Shown here: in pieces, positions 22,123 to 32,023 of the stretch
How positions within the stretch are numbered: position 1 is the first letter of the stretch
How the letters are laid out: the number at the start of each line of letters is the position of its first letter
NCBI GenBank assembly: GCA_963796105.1
Contig: CAWCKJ010000008.1
Location: 138,330 to 202,329, forward strand
DNA: 64,000 nucleotides
Direction of reading: 5' to 3'
Origin: a candidate division FCPU426 bacterium
GTDB lineage: Bacteria; Oederibacteriota; Muellerivitia; Muellerivitales; Muellerivitaceae
Made by a program: the position numbers and the translations under genes
The notes under the pieces: generated by a model
Seen by the model: the letters and a program-made list of their open reading frames with translations, nothing else
What the model was told of the DNA's origin: nothing
Database searches by the model: none

Positions 22123-22255
22123 ATGCAGTCCCTCCTGGAAGGCTCTCCAAATCAAGTAAAAAGCCTTTTTTGCTGTATTAGATTCAAAACTATTGGGTTT
22201 ATTGTAAAATCTAACCCTTTCACCTCTGATGGGGAAAGGCATTAAGGAGATAAAA

Positions 22256-24031
22256 ATGCCAAGACACAAGAAAAAACTTAAAACCGGGGCGCAAATGGTG
22301 ATTGACCTATTGGTGGATGAGGGAGTCGAGATCCTTTGGGGTCTGACCGGTGGAGCCGCCCTGCCTTTATTTGACGCTCTTTACCAAAACAAAGACAGGA
22401 TACAAACTGTGGATACCCGCCATGAACAAGGGGCTATCCATATGGCTGAGGGTTACGCGAAATCAACTGGTAAAGTGGGTGTCTGTATCGCCACTTCGGG
22501 CCCGGGCGCAACTAATCTTGTGACTGGCTTAGCGGATGCATATATGGATTCAGTGCCCTTGGTTGCCATTACTGGGCAAGTTCATTCCAGCATGATCGGG
22601 ACAGACGCATTCCAGGAAGCGGATGTGGTCGGGATCACGCGCTCCTGCACCAAACACAATTACCTTGTGAAAAATATCCAGGAATTGCCCCAAATCTTGC
22701 GTGATGCTTTTTTTATAGCGAGGACCGGCAGGCCGGGACCGGTGTTAGTGGACATACCGAAAGATATCGCCGCCGCGTCAGCTGAAATTCCCTATCCCAA
22801 GCATCCCACGATTCCCTTATCCAAATTCGTTCCCCATTTCGAGCAGGGACAAATCGATAAAATGGCTGAATTGTTCCGCCACGCGAAAAGACCCTTGATT
22901 TACGCGGGAGGAGGAGTCATCAACGCGAACGCCTCAGAGGCCTTATATAAATTTGCACGAAAAACCAATATTCCCGTGACTTTAACCCTTATGGGCCTGG
23001 GCGCCTATCCTGCGGGGGACCGCCAATTCGTGGATATGCTTGGAATGCACGGCTCTTATAGGGCCAACATGGCATTGACCCATTGCGATCTCTTGATTGC
23101 CGTCGGCAGCCGTTTTGACGACAGGGTGACAGGAAAAATCTCGGAGTTTTCGCCGAACTCCAAGAAGATCCATATCGATGTCGACCCGACTTCCATAGGT
23201 AAAAACGTGAAAGTGGATGTCCACGCCCTTGGAGACATGGGCCTCATCCTATCCTCACTGAGTAAATTGGTGGGTACCCAAGATTATGATGAGTGGTACA
23301 GCCAGTTAGACCAATGGAATAAGAAGCATCCCTTGGCTTATACGCAAAATCCCAATGGGCCCATTTTGCCCCAATTCGCTGTGGATCAAATTTTCAGGAT
23401 TACCAAAGGCGACGCCATTATCACGACGGAGGTCGGCCAACACCAGATGTGGGCCGCTCAATTTTATAAATTCAACAAACCTCGCCGTTGGATCACTTCG
23501 GGAGGGCTTGGAACGATGGGTTTCGGGTTTCCTGCCGCCATCGGGGCGTCCTTCGCTTTTCCAGATTCAACCGTGGTGGATATCGCGGGGGATGGAAGCT
23601 TCCAGATGACCCTTCAGGAATTAGCAGTCGTGAAACAGCACAACCTGAATGTCAAAGTCATCATTCTCAACAATAAATTTCTAGGAATGGTGAAGCAATG
23701 GCAGGACCTCTTTTTTGACAAGCGTTACGCGTCCACCTCCATCCCCGCTCAGCCGGATTTCGTGAAATTGGCGGAAGCCTATGGAATCAAAGGGTACCGG
23801 GCCGAGAAGCCCAAGGATGCTACCCAAGTTCTGCAGGATGTCTTCCGCTCCAAGGAACCTTGCATCGTGGACTTGGTGGTGGATCCGGAGGAGCATGTTT
23901 ATCCCATGGTTCCGGCCGGCGGAGCGGTCAAGGATATGGTCCTTTCCAGGGTCGATGAAAAGCAAAGAATGGAAATTGAAAATAAAGGCAAGTCTATTGA
24001 ACGAATTCAAGGCAAGGGGGGGCGGAAATGA
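22256..24031 (+). CDS. ilvB: Acetolactate synthase large subunit
   Basis: RHEQGAIHMAEGYA, TSGPGATNL, LGMHG, GSRFDDRVTG, GDGSFQM ThDP motif. Confidence 0.97.
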   Translation: MPRHKKKLKTGAQMVIDLLVDEGVEILWGLTGGAALPLFDALYQNKDRIQTVDTRHEQGAIHMAEGYAKSTGKVGVCIATSGPGATNLVTGLADAYMDSVPLVAITGQVHSSMIGTDAFQEADVVGITRSCTKHNYLVKNIQELPQILRDAFFIARTGRPGPVLVDIPKDIAAASAEIPYPKHPTIPLSKFVPHFEQGQIDKMAELFRHAKRPLIYAGGGVINANASEALYKFARKTNIPVTLTLMGLGAYPAGDRQFVDMLGMHGSYRANMALTHCDLLIAVGSRFDDRVTGKISEFSPNSKKIHIDVDPTSIGKNVKVDVHALGDMGLILSSLSKLVGTQDYDEWYSQLDQWNKKHPLAYTQNPNGPILPQFAVDQIFRITKGDAIITTEVGQHQMWAAQFYKFNKPRRWITSGGLGTMGFGFPAAIGASFAFPDSTVVDIAGDGSFQMTLQELAVVKQHNLNVKVIILNNKFLGMVKQWQDLFFDKRYASTSIPAQPDFVKLAEAYGIKGYRAEKPKDATQVLQDVFRSKEPCIVDLVVDPEEHVYPMVPAGGAVKDMVLSRVDEKQRMEIENKGKSIERIQGKGGRK

Positions 24032-24570
24032 GGCATACCATCTCAGTTTTAGTCCATAACCACGCGGGGGTTCTTTCCCGGGTGTCTAATTTATTCTCTG
24101 CCAGGGGATACAATATCGACAGCCTGGTGGTTGGGGTGACAGATAATTCCAAAGTTTCCCGGATGACCATCGTGGTCAGGGGCGACGACCGGATTATCGA
24201 CCAGGTGGAAAAGCAGTTGAATAAATTGGTGGATGTCATAAAGGTCCAGGATATGACCCATGAGGATTTTATCACCCGGGATTTGACGTTGATTAAAGTC
24301 AAGGCGGAGGCGGCTTCCCGGACGCAGGTCATGGAAATCGTCCAATGTTTTGACGGGAAGATCGTGGATGTGGCGTTGAAGAGCTTTATTATTGAGGTGA
24401 CCGGCAAGGAAAGCAAGATCAACGGGATAATCGAGCTTTTGAAGAATTACGGAATCATTGAAATGGTTCGCACCGGCGAAGTCGCGATTTCCCGGGGGAA
24501 GCGGGTCCATGAAGAGGAAGAGAAAAAAGTAAAGGTGAAAGCCGGTAAAGCAGGCCAGTCGAATTTATAA
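24028..24570 (+). CDS. ilvN: Acetolactate synthase small subunit
   Basis: ACT domain [29 protein letters not shown]. Confidence 0.96.
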   Translation: MRHTISVLVHNHAGVLSRVSNLFSARGYNIDSLVVGVTDNSKVSRMTIVVRGDDRIIDQVEKQLNKLVDVIKVQDMTHEDFITRDLTLIKVKAEAASRTQVMEIVQCFDGKIVDVALKSFIIEVTGKESKINGIIELLKNYGIIEMVRTGEVAISRGKRVHEEEEKKVKVKAGKAGQSNL

Positions 24571-24665
24571 AATGTGTTTTAAAAAAGATGAGACGATTCT
24601 TCAATATTGTTGCGGCAGGGTTGAATAGCTTGATTCAAGATGTCAAAAAACGGGAGGAAGCGAAA

Positions 24666-25661
24666 ATGGCAAAGATTTATTACGAACAGGATGCGGATTT
24701 AAATGTTCTGAAGGGTAAAACGGTCGCTATCATTGGTTATGGAAACCAAGGGCGCAACCAGGCCTTGAATTTAAAGGATTCGGGGATATCCGTAATCATC
24801 GCCGAGAAATCCGAGAAGGCCATCCAACAGGCCAAGGAGGATGGAATCGCGGTTTATAACGCCAAGGAAGCGGCGGCCAAGGCCGATATCATTCAAATCC
24901 TCATCCAAGACGACCTTCAAGGGTCTCTCTACAAGAATGATATCCTCCCCTCGATGAAGGCGGGAAAAGCCTTGATGTTTTCCCATGGTTTCAATATTCA
25001 TTTTGGGCAGATTGTGCCGCCGGCCGACGTGGACGTATTCATGATTGCCCCCAAAAGCCCCGGCCATTTGGTCCGCCGGACTTATTTGGACGGCAAGGGG
25101 GTTCCGGCCTTGGTGGCTGTATACCAAAACGCTTCTGGAAACGCTCTCAAATTGGCCTTGGCCTATGGCAAGGCGATCGGGGCTACCAGGGCGGGAATTT
25201 TGGAGACCACTTTCAAGGAGGAAACCGAAACCGACTTGTTCGGCGAACAAGTGGTTTTATGCGGGGGCTTGACGGAATTGGTGCGGTCCGGTTTTGAGAC
25301 CCTGGTAGCGGCTGGGTACCAGCCCGAGTCGGCTTATTTTGAATGCCTCCATGAGGTGAAGCTTATCGTGGACCTCATGTACGAAAAGGGAATCAGCGGT
25401 ATGAGGGACGCCATTTCAACGACCGCTAAATATGGGGATGTCACCCGGGGGCGCAGGATCATTAACGATAATACCAGACATGAAATGCAGCGAATTCTCG
25501 CCGAGATCCAGTCGGGGTCCTTCGCGAGGGAATTCATCCTCGAGAACCTGGCGAACCGCCCGGTTTACAACGCCTTATTAAAGAACGATTCACAGCATTT
25601 AATCGAGAAAGTCGGGGCCCAAGTCAGGAGCATGTTCAACTGGAGCAAAACTGAAAAATAA
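24666..25661 (+). CDS. ilvC: Ketol-acid reductoisomerase
   Basis: [42 protein letters not shown]. Confidence 0.98.
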   Translation: MAKIYYEQDADLNVLKGKTVAIIGYGNQGRNQALNLKDSGISVIIAEKSEKAIQQAKEDGIAVYNAKEAAAKADIIQILIQDDLQGSLYKNDILPSMKAGKALMFSHGFNIHFGQIVPPADVDVFMIAPKSPGHLVRRTYLDGKGVPALVAVYQNASGNALKLALAYGKAIGATRAGILETTFKEETETDLFGEQVVLCGGLTELVRSGFETLVAAGYQPESAYFECLHEVKLIVDLMYEKGISGMRDAISTTAKYGDVTRGRRIINDNTRHEMQRILAEIQSGSFAREFILENLANRPVYNALLKNDSQHLIEKVGAQVRSMFNWSKTEK

Positions 25662-26329
25662 TGAGGCTGCCATTCGTCAAAGAAACCTGGAGCATGGTTG
25701 TGCCAACTTTATTGGTTGGCATAGCCCTGCTCGGCTTGGGAAAATATTTTGGGGTGGGTTGGCTGTTATTCGCGGCTATATTGATTTTAGAGGCTGCGGT
25801 TTTGATGTTGAATTTTTTCAGGGATTTTGAGCGAAGTCCGAACCGTCAACTGGAAGCAAACGAGGTGATCAGTCCGGCGGATGGAAGGATCGTGGTTTTT
25901 GGGGAAGGGATAGAAATTTTTTACCTCAAAAAACGAGTCTTCCATATCGCCATATTCATGAATCCATTGAACAACCATGTTCAACGGGCGCCCATGGATG
26001 GCAGGGTGATAAAAAAAGTTTACCACCCGGGAGAGTTCCTGGCAGCTTATGACGACAAGGCCGACTTGAAAAATGAGCAGGCTCATTTGGTGCTGGAGAC
26101 ATCGGGACGAAAGAAAATAAAGATAGTCCTCAAACAGATCGCCGGTTTTTTGTGTCGGAGGGTGAAGACCGATGTCGAGGTTGGAGAGAACCTCAAGCGT
26201 GGAGGGCGGTTTGGGCGGATCCTCCTCGGATCAAGGGTAGACTTGTTTTTGCCGTTGGAATTTATACCAGCCGTTAAGCTGGGAGACCAGGTCATGGCTG
26301 GAATGACAGTTTTAGGAAAAATAAAATGA
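25661..26329 (+). CDS. psd: Phosphatidylserine decarboxylase proenzyme
   Basis: FFRD, SPADG, IFM...H..RAP, QIAG, GSRVD self-cleavage motif. Confidence 0.93.
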   Translation: MRLPFVKETWSMVVPTLLVGIALLGLGKYFGVGWLLFAAILILEAAVLMLNFFRDFERSPNRQLEANEVISPADGRIVVFGEGIEIFYLKKRVFHIAIFMNPLNNHVQRAPMDGRVIKKVYHPGEFLAAYDDKADLKNEQAHLVLETSGRKKIKIVLKQIAGFLCRRVKTDVEVGENLKRGGRFGRILLGSRVDLFLPLEFIPAVKLGDQVMAGMTVLGKIK

Positions 26330-27228
26330 GAATAGTCAAATTCAAACCTTATGCCTCCAGCGTGGAACGGCCGGCTTCCTCCAGGCTCCGGAAAAGCATT
26401 TACCTGCTCCCGAACCTGTTTACCGCAGTCAACATGGTTTTGGGGATCCTCGCGATCATCTTCTCTATCAATGATTCCCTTACGCTTTCCTTGGCCGCTG
26501 AAACCAAGGTGATCCCTTTTGTTTTGCCGGCCAAGCTCATCATCATCGCGGCTTTCGCCGACTTTTTCGACGGTTTGGTGGCCAGGGCGACCGGGACCAC
26601 CTCCAAGTTCGGCATGGAGTTCGACAGCTTGTCGGACTTGATCAGTTTCGGGATGGCTCCGGCCCTCTTGATCTACCTTTCCGTTTTAAGGTACCACTCG
26701 GTCTGGGGCTTGGCCATCACGGCGCTTTATGTGGTTTGCGCGGCGATCCGCTTGGCGCGCTTTAATGTCCAGGCCCAAGTGGAGGAAAAATTGCATTTCA
26801 TGGGCTTGCCGAGCCCCGCCGCGGCGGGCTGTCTGGCCAGTTACGTCCTGCTTTCCCGTTGGCCGGGTTTTTACGGAAAAGACATTATCTTGAATAAAGT
26901 GATGGGGTGGTACGAGGAGAACATGAACTTTGTCGAGCTTTACATCATTCCCATCATGACGATTGTGATCGCCCTTGTCATGGTTTCCACCATCAGCTAC
27001 CCAAGCCTGAAGAAGCTGAAATTGGAAACGGTCAAGCCTTGGACCTTCGCTTTCATAATCCTTTCCCTGTTTTTGCTGATCTACGCGGCGGAGTTTACGG
27101 CCTTTATTCTTCTGACTTTTTACCTTTTATGGGGAATAGCGCTGGCCCTGACCAAAAAAAGCGTAGAGAAGATAAAAAAAAGAAAAACCGTTAGTCCGCA
27201 AAATATAACCACCATTGATCGGATTTAG
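26326..27228 (+). CDS. pssA: CDP-diacylglycerol--serine O-phosphatidyltransferase
   Basis: LLPNLFT, DFFDGLVAR...FGMEFDSLSDLISFG, RLARFN, FMGLPSP. Confidence 0.95.
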   Translation: MRIVKFKPYASSVERPASSRLRKSIYLLPNLFTAVNMVLGILAIIFSINDSLTLSLAAETKVIPFVLPAKLIIIAAFADFFDGLVARATGTTSKFGMEFDSLSDLISFGMAPALLIYLSVLRYHSVWGLAITALYVVCAAIRLARFNVQAQVEEKLHFMGLPSPAAAGCLASYVLLSRWPGFYGKDIILNKVMGWYEENMNFVELYIIPIMTIVIALVMVSTISYPSLKKLKLETVKPWTFAFIILSLFLLIYAAEFTAFILLTFYLLWGIALALTKKSVEKIKKRKTVSPQNITTIDRI

Positions 27229-27242
27229 ACGAGGAGAAACGA

Positions 27243-28820
27243 ATGAGACCAAAACCCAGTTTCAACAAGAAAGAAAAAATTTACATCTTTGACACGACCC
27301 TCAGAGATGGCGAGCAGGCTCCCGGGGCCAGCCTCAATACGGATGAGAAAATGAAGGTGGCAGTCCAATTGGAGAAACTCGGAGTGGATATCATAGAGGC
27401 CGGTTTTCCCGCGGCCTCGCCGGGGGATTTTGAGGCGGTCCGGAAAATCGCGAAAAGCCTCCAAAAAACCATTGTCGCGGGGTTGGCTCGGGCGATTAAA
27501 AAGGACATCGAAGCCTGCGCCAAGGCCATCAAGCCAGCCAAGCGTGGGAGGATCCATACCTTCATCTCCTCCTCGGATATTCACCTCAAGTACCAATTCC
27601 GCAAGACCCGGGAAGAGGCTCTTCAGGCCGCCATTGACTCGGTGAAACTCGCGCGCCGTTACGCGGAAGACGTCGAGTTCTCCGCCATGGACGCCACACG
27701 CTCGGATTTGGATTATCTCTGCCGGATGATTGAGATGGCCATCAAACACGGCGCCAGAACCGTGAACATTCCTGATACCGTCGGCTATATCGTCCCGGAC
27801 GAGTTCGGGAAGGTTATCGGCTACATTCGAAACAAAGTGCCCAATATTGACAAAGCCGTCATTTCGGTCCATTGCCACAATGACCTGGGCCTATCAGTGG
27901 CTAATTCCATCAGCGCCATCCAGAACGGAGCGCGCCAAGTGGAGTGCACGATCAACGGGATCGGCGAAAGGGCCGGGAACGCCAGCATGGAAGAAATCGT
28001 GATGATCCTAAAAACCCGCCCCGACAAGTTCCAGTTTTACACCGGCGTCGATACCACCCAGATCTATAAGACCAGCAGGCTCGTTTCAACCCTGACTGGT
28101 TTCATGATCCAGCCCAACAAGGCCATCGTGGGAAGCAACGCTTTCGCCCACGAGAGCGGCATCCACCAGGACGGCATGCTCAAGTACCGCCAGACTTACG
28201 AGATCATGACCCCGCAATCCATCGGCATCCCCTCCAGCAGTTTGGTGATGGGGAAGCATTCCGGGCGCCATGCCTTCAAGAAAAGGCTGGAGGAACTGGG
28301 CTATCCCCTCACCGACGCGGTCTTGGAAAATCTTTTCGAGAAATTCAAGGAACTCGCGGACAAGAAAAAGAGCGTTTATGACGAGGACATCGAGGCCCTG
28401 GTCGAGGAAAAGATCGCCTCATCCCAGGAAATATACCAGCTGATTTATCTCCACACCTCAGCCGGTTCCACGACCCTGCCCACAGCCACTTTGAAGTTAA
28501 AGAAAGGCGAGGTTGAGACCCAGGAAGCCGCTACGGGGGACGGGCCGGTGGACGCGGTTTTCAACGCCATCGACCGGATCACGGGTTTCAAGGGAAAACT
28601 GGAAAACTACAGTTTGAAGGCCTTGACCCAGGGCAGGGACGCCCAGGGGGAAGTGACCGTCTGCCTCGCCGTCAACGGGGACGAGGCGAATGGGCGAGGA
28701 GTCTCCACCGACGTCATTGAGGCTTCCGCAAAAGCTTACTTGAACGGCGTGAATAAACTTCTTTTAAAACACAACAAAAAGAGCGCTAAAGCGGCCTTCA
28801 CCGCCATCAAAGGCATTTAA
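27243..28820 (+). CDS. leuA: 2-isopropylmalate synthase
   Basis: FDTTLRDGEQ, HCHNDLG, GIGERAGN, AFAHESGIHQDG, GDGPVDA. Confidence 0.98.
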   Translation: MRPKPSFNKKEKIYIFDTTLRDGEQAPGASLNTDEKMKVAVQLEKLGVDIIEAGFPAASPGDFEAVRKIAKSLQKTIVAGLARAIKKDIEACAKAIKPAKRGRIHTFISSSDIHLKYQFRKTREEALQAAIDSVKLARRYAEDVEFSAMDATRSDLDYLCRMIEMAIKHGARTVNIPDTVGYIVPDEFGKVIGYIRNKVPNIDKAVISVHCHNDLGLSVANSISAIQNGARQVECTINGIGERAGNASMEEIVMILKTRPDKFQFYTGVDTTQIYKTSRLVSTLTGFMIQPNKAIVGSNAFAHESGIHQDGMLKYRQTYEIMTPQSIGIPSSSLVMGKHSGRHAFKKRLEELGYPLTDAVLENLFEKFKELADKKKSVYDEDIEALVEEKIASSQEIYQLIYLHTSAGSTTLPTATLKLKKGEVETQEAATGDGPVDAVFNAIDRITGFKGKLENYSLKALTQGRDAQGEVTVCLAVNGDEANGRGVSTDVIEASAKAYLNGVNKLLLKHNKKSAKAAFTAIKGI

Positions 28821-28859
28821 CTTAACTGACGGCTCAGGGCCGTTGAAAGGGTATGCTCC

Positions 28860-29929
28860 TTGAACTTTCATATCGTCGTTCTAGCCGGGGACGGAATCGG
28901 TCCTGAAATATGCCGGGAATCCATGAAAGTGTTGGACCGGGTGGGGGAGGTATTCGGCCACAAATTCGAGTTTGAGCCGCAGGACGCGGGTGGCGCGGCC
29001 ATTGACAAGTTCAACACGCCGCTTCCCGACCACACACTCAAAGCCTGCCAGGGGGCTCACGCGGTCCTGAAGGCGCCCATGGGCGGGCCGAAATGGGACA
29101 AGCTCGAGAATAAAAAGAGGCCTGAGGCGGGGATCTTGGGGCTTCGAAAAGGCCTGGACTTGTACGCCAACCTCCGGCCCGTCAAACTTTTCAACTCGCT
29201 CAAACAAGCCTCCACCTTAAAGACCGAGGTCATCGACGGGGTGGATATGCTCATTGTCCGGGAACTGATATCAGGCATTTATTTCGGCGAGCCCAGGGGA
29301 TCTTCGGGGAAGGGAAGGAAAGATTCGGAGTCAATACTGAAATCTACCGGACATCCGAGGTGGAAAGAATCGCGGAACTGGCTTTTGAGCTAGCGAAGTT
29401 AAGACGCAAAAAAGTCACCAGCGTGGACAAGTTCAATGTCCTGGAATCCTCGCGGCTTTGGCACGACGTGGTGGATGAAACGGCTAAAAAACATCCCGAA
29501 GTGGCGTTTGAGCACCAACTTGTGGACAACGCGGCCATGCAGTTGATCCTCAACCCGAAGCAGTTCGATGTTTTGGTCACAACCAATATGTTCGGGGATA
29601 TTCTCTCCGACGAGGCATCCATGCTGACCGGTTCTTTGGGAATGCTTCCATCCGCCTCCCTGGGCGGAAAAGTCGGCCTATACGAGCCCTCTCATGGGTC
29701 GGCCCCTGATATCGCCGGGACGGGGAAAGCCAATCCCTTGGCCATGATTCTATCGATCGGCATGATGCTCAAGTATAGTTTCCATCTTTTGAAGGAGTCC
29801 GCGGCGGTTGAGAACGCTGTTGAAAGGGTCCTGGGCCAGGGATATCACACGGCGGATTTGGCTAAAAAGGGGGAAAAAGCATCCTCTTGTTCGGAAATGG
29901 GCGATTTAATATCGAAAGAAATAAAATAA
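28860..29929 (+). CDS. leuB: 3-isopropylmalate dehydrogenase; apparent 1-nt frameshift near 29296-29310
   Basis: GDGIGPE, LYANLRP, GIYFGEP, then frame change to [25 protein letters not shown]; adding one G to the G4 run restores the frame. Confidence 0.93.
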
Positions 29930-30026
29930 CCTGTTTGGAGTAAGGTGTTTAGTTGACATTGGCTCGATGTATTCAAAAGATACGCGAAGGTTTTAAAAAA
30001 CTCATGTTTTTTCGGAAGATTTCCAT

Positions 30027-30656
30027 TTGAAATTCAGGATATTAACATTCAGTTTCCTTTTTATGAATTCGTTATTTTCTTATTGCCAAGTTTTGACACC
30101 CACCACTCCCCAGGCCGTATCCACCACCCCTAATTTTCAGCCCTCAACCACTTTGACTCCCACCTCCACCCCGACGCTTTCCCTGACGCCCACCGCGACT
30201 TCAACCCATACCCCCACGGGAACACTTTCCCCTTCCTTGACGCCGACCCCCACCGCGACCATTACCAAAACTCCCACCATCACCCCGACCAAAACCATCA
30301 CTTCCAGCCCTACCCCCACCATTACCTCAACGCCAACAGCCACGCCCGGGATATTTAAATTCTCCGTTTCACCCAAACCTGACGATGCGGGGCTGGTGAA
30401 ATTCATGTGGGGGGTGAACATTCCCGTCGAAAGAGCCTTTATAAAGATCTATACCTCGGGATTCAGGATCATTAAAGGTTACGAGTTCAACAAAAAGGAA
30501 AAACCGGAATACTTGACGTCCGGATACCACGAATTTTCATGGGATGCTAAGGACGAGGAAGGAAGGCTCCTGCCTCCGGGAGTCTATCTTTGTTTTATTG
30601 ATTTGCCGGTCGGTAAGAAGCGGTATGAAGCCAGCGGCAAGACCGAAATCCAGTAG
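30027..30656 (+). CDS. Secreted Thr/Pro-rich protein with a C-terminal FlgD-Ig-like domain
   Basis: Signal peptide, ~85-aa TP linker, IKIYT..G..I...WDAKDEEGRLLPPGVY. Confidence 0.75.
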   Translation: MKFRILTFSFLFMNSLFSYCQVLTPTTPQAVSTTPNFQPSTTLTPTSTPTLSLTPTATSTHTPTGTLSPSLTPTPTATITKTPTITPTKTITSSPTPTITSTPTATPGIFKFSVSPKPDDAGLVKFMWGVNIPVERAFIKIYTSGFRIIKGYEFNKKEKPEYLTSGYHEFSWDAKDEEGRLLPPGVYLCFIDLPVGKKRYEASGKTEIQ

Positions 30657-30774
30657 TTGGACATATCGTGGATTGGGTACGCGCAAAAGGCCTTCAGGCA
30701 TTGAAACTGCATATAAATATGATATTCTTTCATTCCCCAGATTCAAATATTTCGAGTTTTAAAGAGGTCCTTTG

Positions 30775-31854
30775 ATGAAAAAGAAAAAAATCGCGGTGGT
30801 TGGGGCGACTGGTGTTGCCGGCCAGCAATTTTTAGCCTCCCTCCCGGATCATCCCTACTTTCAAGTGGTGGCGTTAGCGGCTTCCGAGCGTTCGGCAGGA
30901 AAACTATTCAAGGACGCGATCACCGACGCCTCGGGCGCTTTCCGGTGGTACTGCCAGGACCCCCTCGATCCCATCTTCGCGAAAATCATGGTTGAGGACG
31001 CCTCGAAATTGGACGCCTCCAAGGTGGATTTGATTTTTACCGCGGTGGAATCGGACGCGGCCAAGGATCTGGAACCACGCTACGCTAAAACCACCCCTGT
31101 TGTTTCCACCGCCTCGGCCTACCGCTATGAGAACGATGTTCCCATTTTCATCCCCGGTGTCAACCTGGACCATGACAAGCTCATCCCAGTTCAAAAAAAG
31201 AACCGGGGCTGGAAAGGGTTCATCACACCGGTTCCTAACTGCACAACCACCGGCTTGGCCATGACCTTGAAGCCCCTCCATGAGGCCTTCGGGATCCAGC
31301 AGGTTTTGATGACCTCCATGCAGGCCTGCTCCGGGGCGGGGAGATCCCCCGGAGTCCTCGGGTTGGATATCCTTGATAACGTCATTCCCTATATTCCCAA
31401 GGAAGAGGAGAAGGTCGAGAAGGAAACCCAGAAAATCCTGGGCACCATCAAGGGCGGGGAGGTGTCGCCGGCTCCTTTTCCCGTTTCCGCCACCTGCACC
31501 AGGGTCCCCGTGTTGGAGGCCCATACCGAGGCTGTTTATGTCTCGCTGAAAAAGAAGGTCTCCTTAGGGGATGTGAAATCGGCCCTGAGCGGGTTCGGCA
31601 AGGCTTTTATCTCCTTAAAATTGCCTTCCTGCCCAAAACGGCTCATCGAAGTGACCGAGGACCCTTTCCGCCCCCAGCCGAGGCTCGACCGGGACAAGGA
31701 GGGAGGAATGCTGACCACTGTTGGAAGGGTTCGGGCCGATCATGCCCTGCCAAACGGTTATAAATACGTTCTGGTGTCGCATAACACTAAAATGGGAGCG
31801 GCCAAAGGCGGTATATTGGTGGCGGAATATTTGAACCAGAAGGGTTTTATTTAA
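30775..31854 (+). CDS. asd: Aspartate-semialdehyde dehydrogenase (archaeal/eukaryotic-like type)
   Basis: VVGATGVAGQQF, PNCTT, QACSGAG, RPQPRLDRD, SHNTKMGAA. Confidence 0.93.
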   Translation: MKKKKIAVVGATGVAGQQFLASLPDHPYFQVVALAASERSAGKLFKDAITDASGAFRWYCQDPLDPIFAKIMVEDASKLDASKVDLIFTAVESDAAKDLEPRYAKTTPVVSTASAYRYENDVPIFIPGVNLDHDKLIPVQKKNRGWKGFITPVPNCTTTGLAMTLKPLHEAFGIQQVLMTSMQACSGAGRSPGVLGLDILDNVIPYIPKEEEKVEKETQKILGTIKGGEVSPAPFPVSATCTRVPVLEAHTEAVYVSLKKKVSLGDVKSALSGFGKAFISLKLPSCPKRLIEVTEDPFRPQPRLDRDKEGGMLTTVGRVRADHALPNGYKYVLVSHNTKMGAAKGGILVAEYLNQKGFI

Positions 31855-32023
31855 TCAAGGCCTTCCGGAAGCGGCGTTAGACGTCTAAAAAGTGATTGGT
31901 TTAAAGATAGATGGGGCATCGAAATACATTTAAACGAAGATTCCCTTGGAAAAACTCGGAATATTTTGTGTGTCCGCCGTTTTTACCTTTTAAAATGAAG
32001 ATTTAACTGAAACTTAAAAGGAC

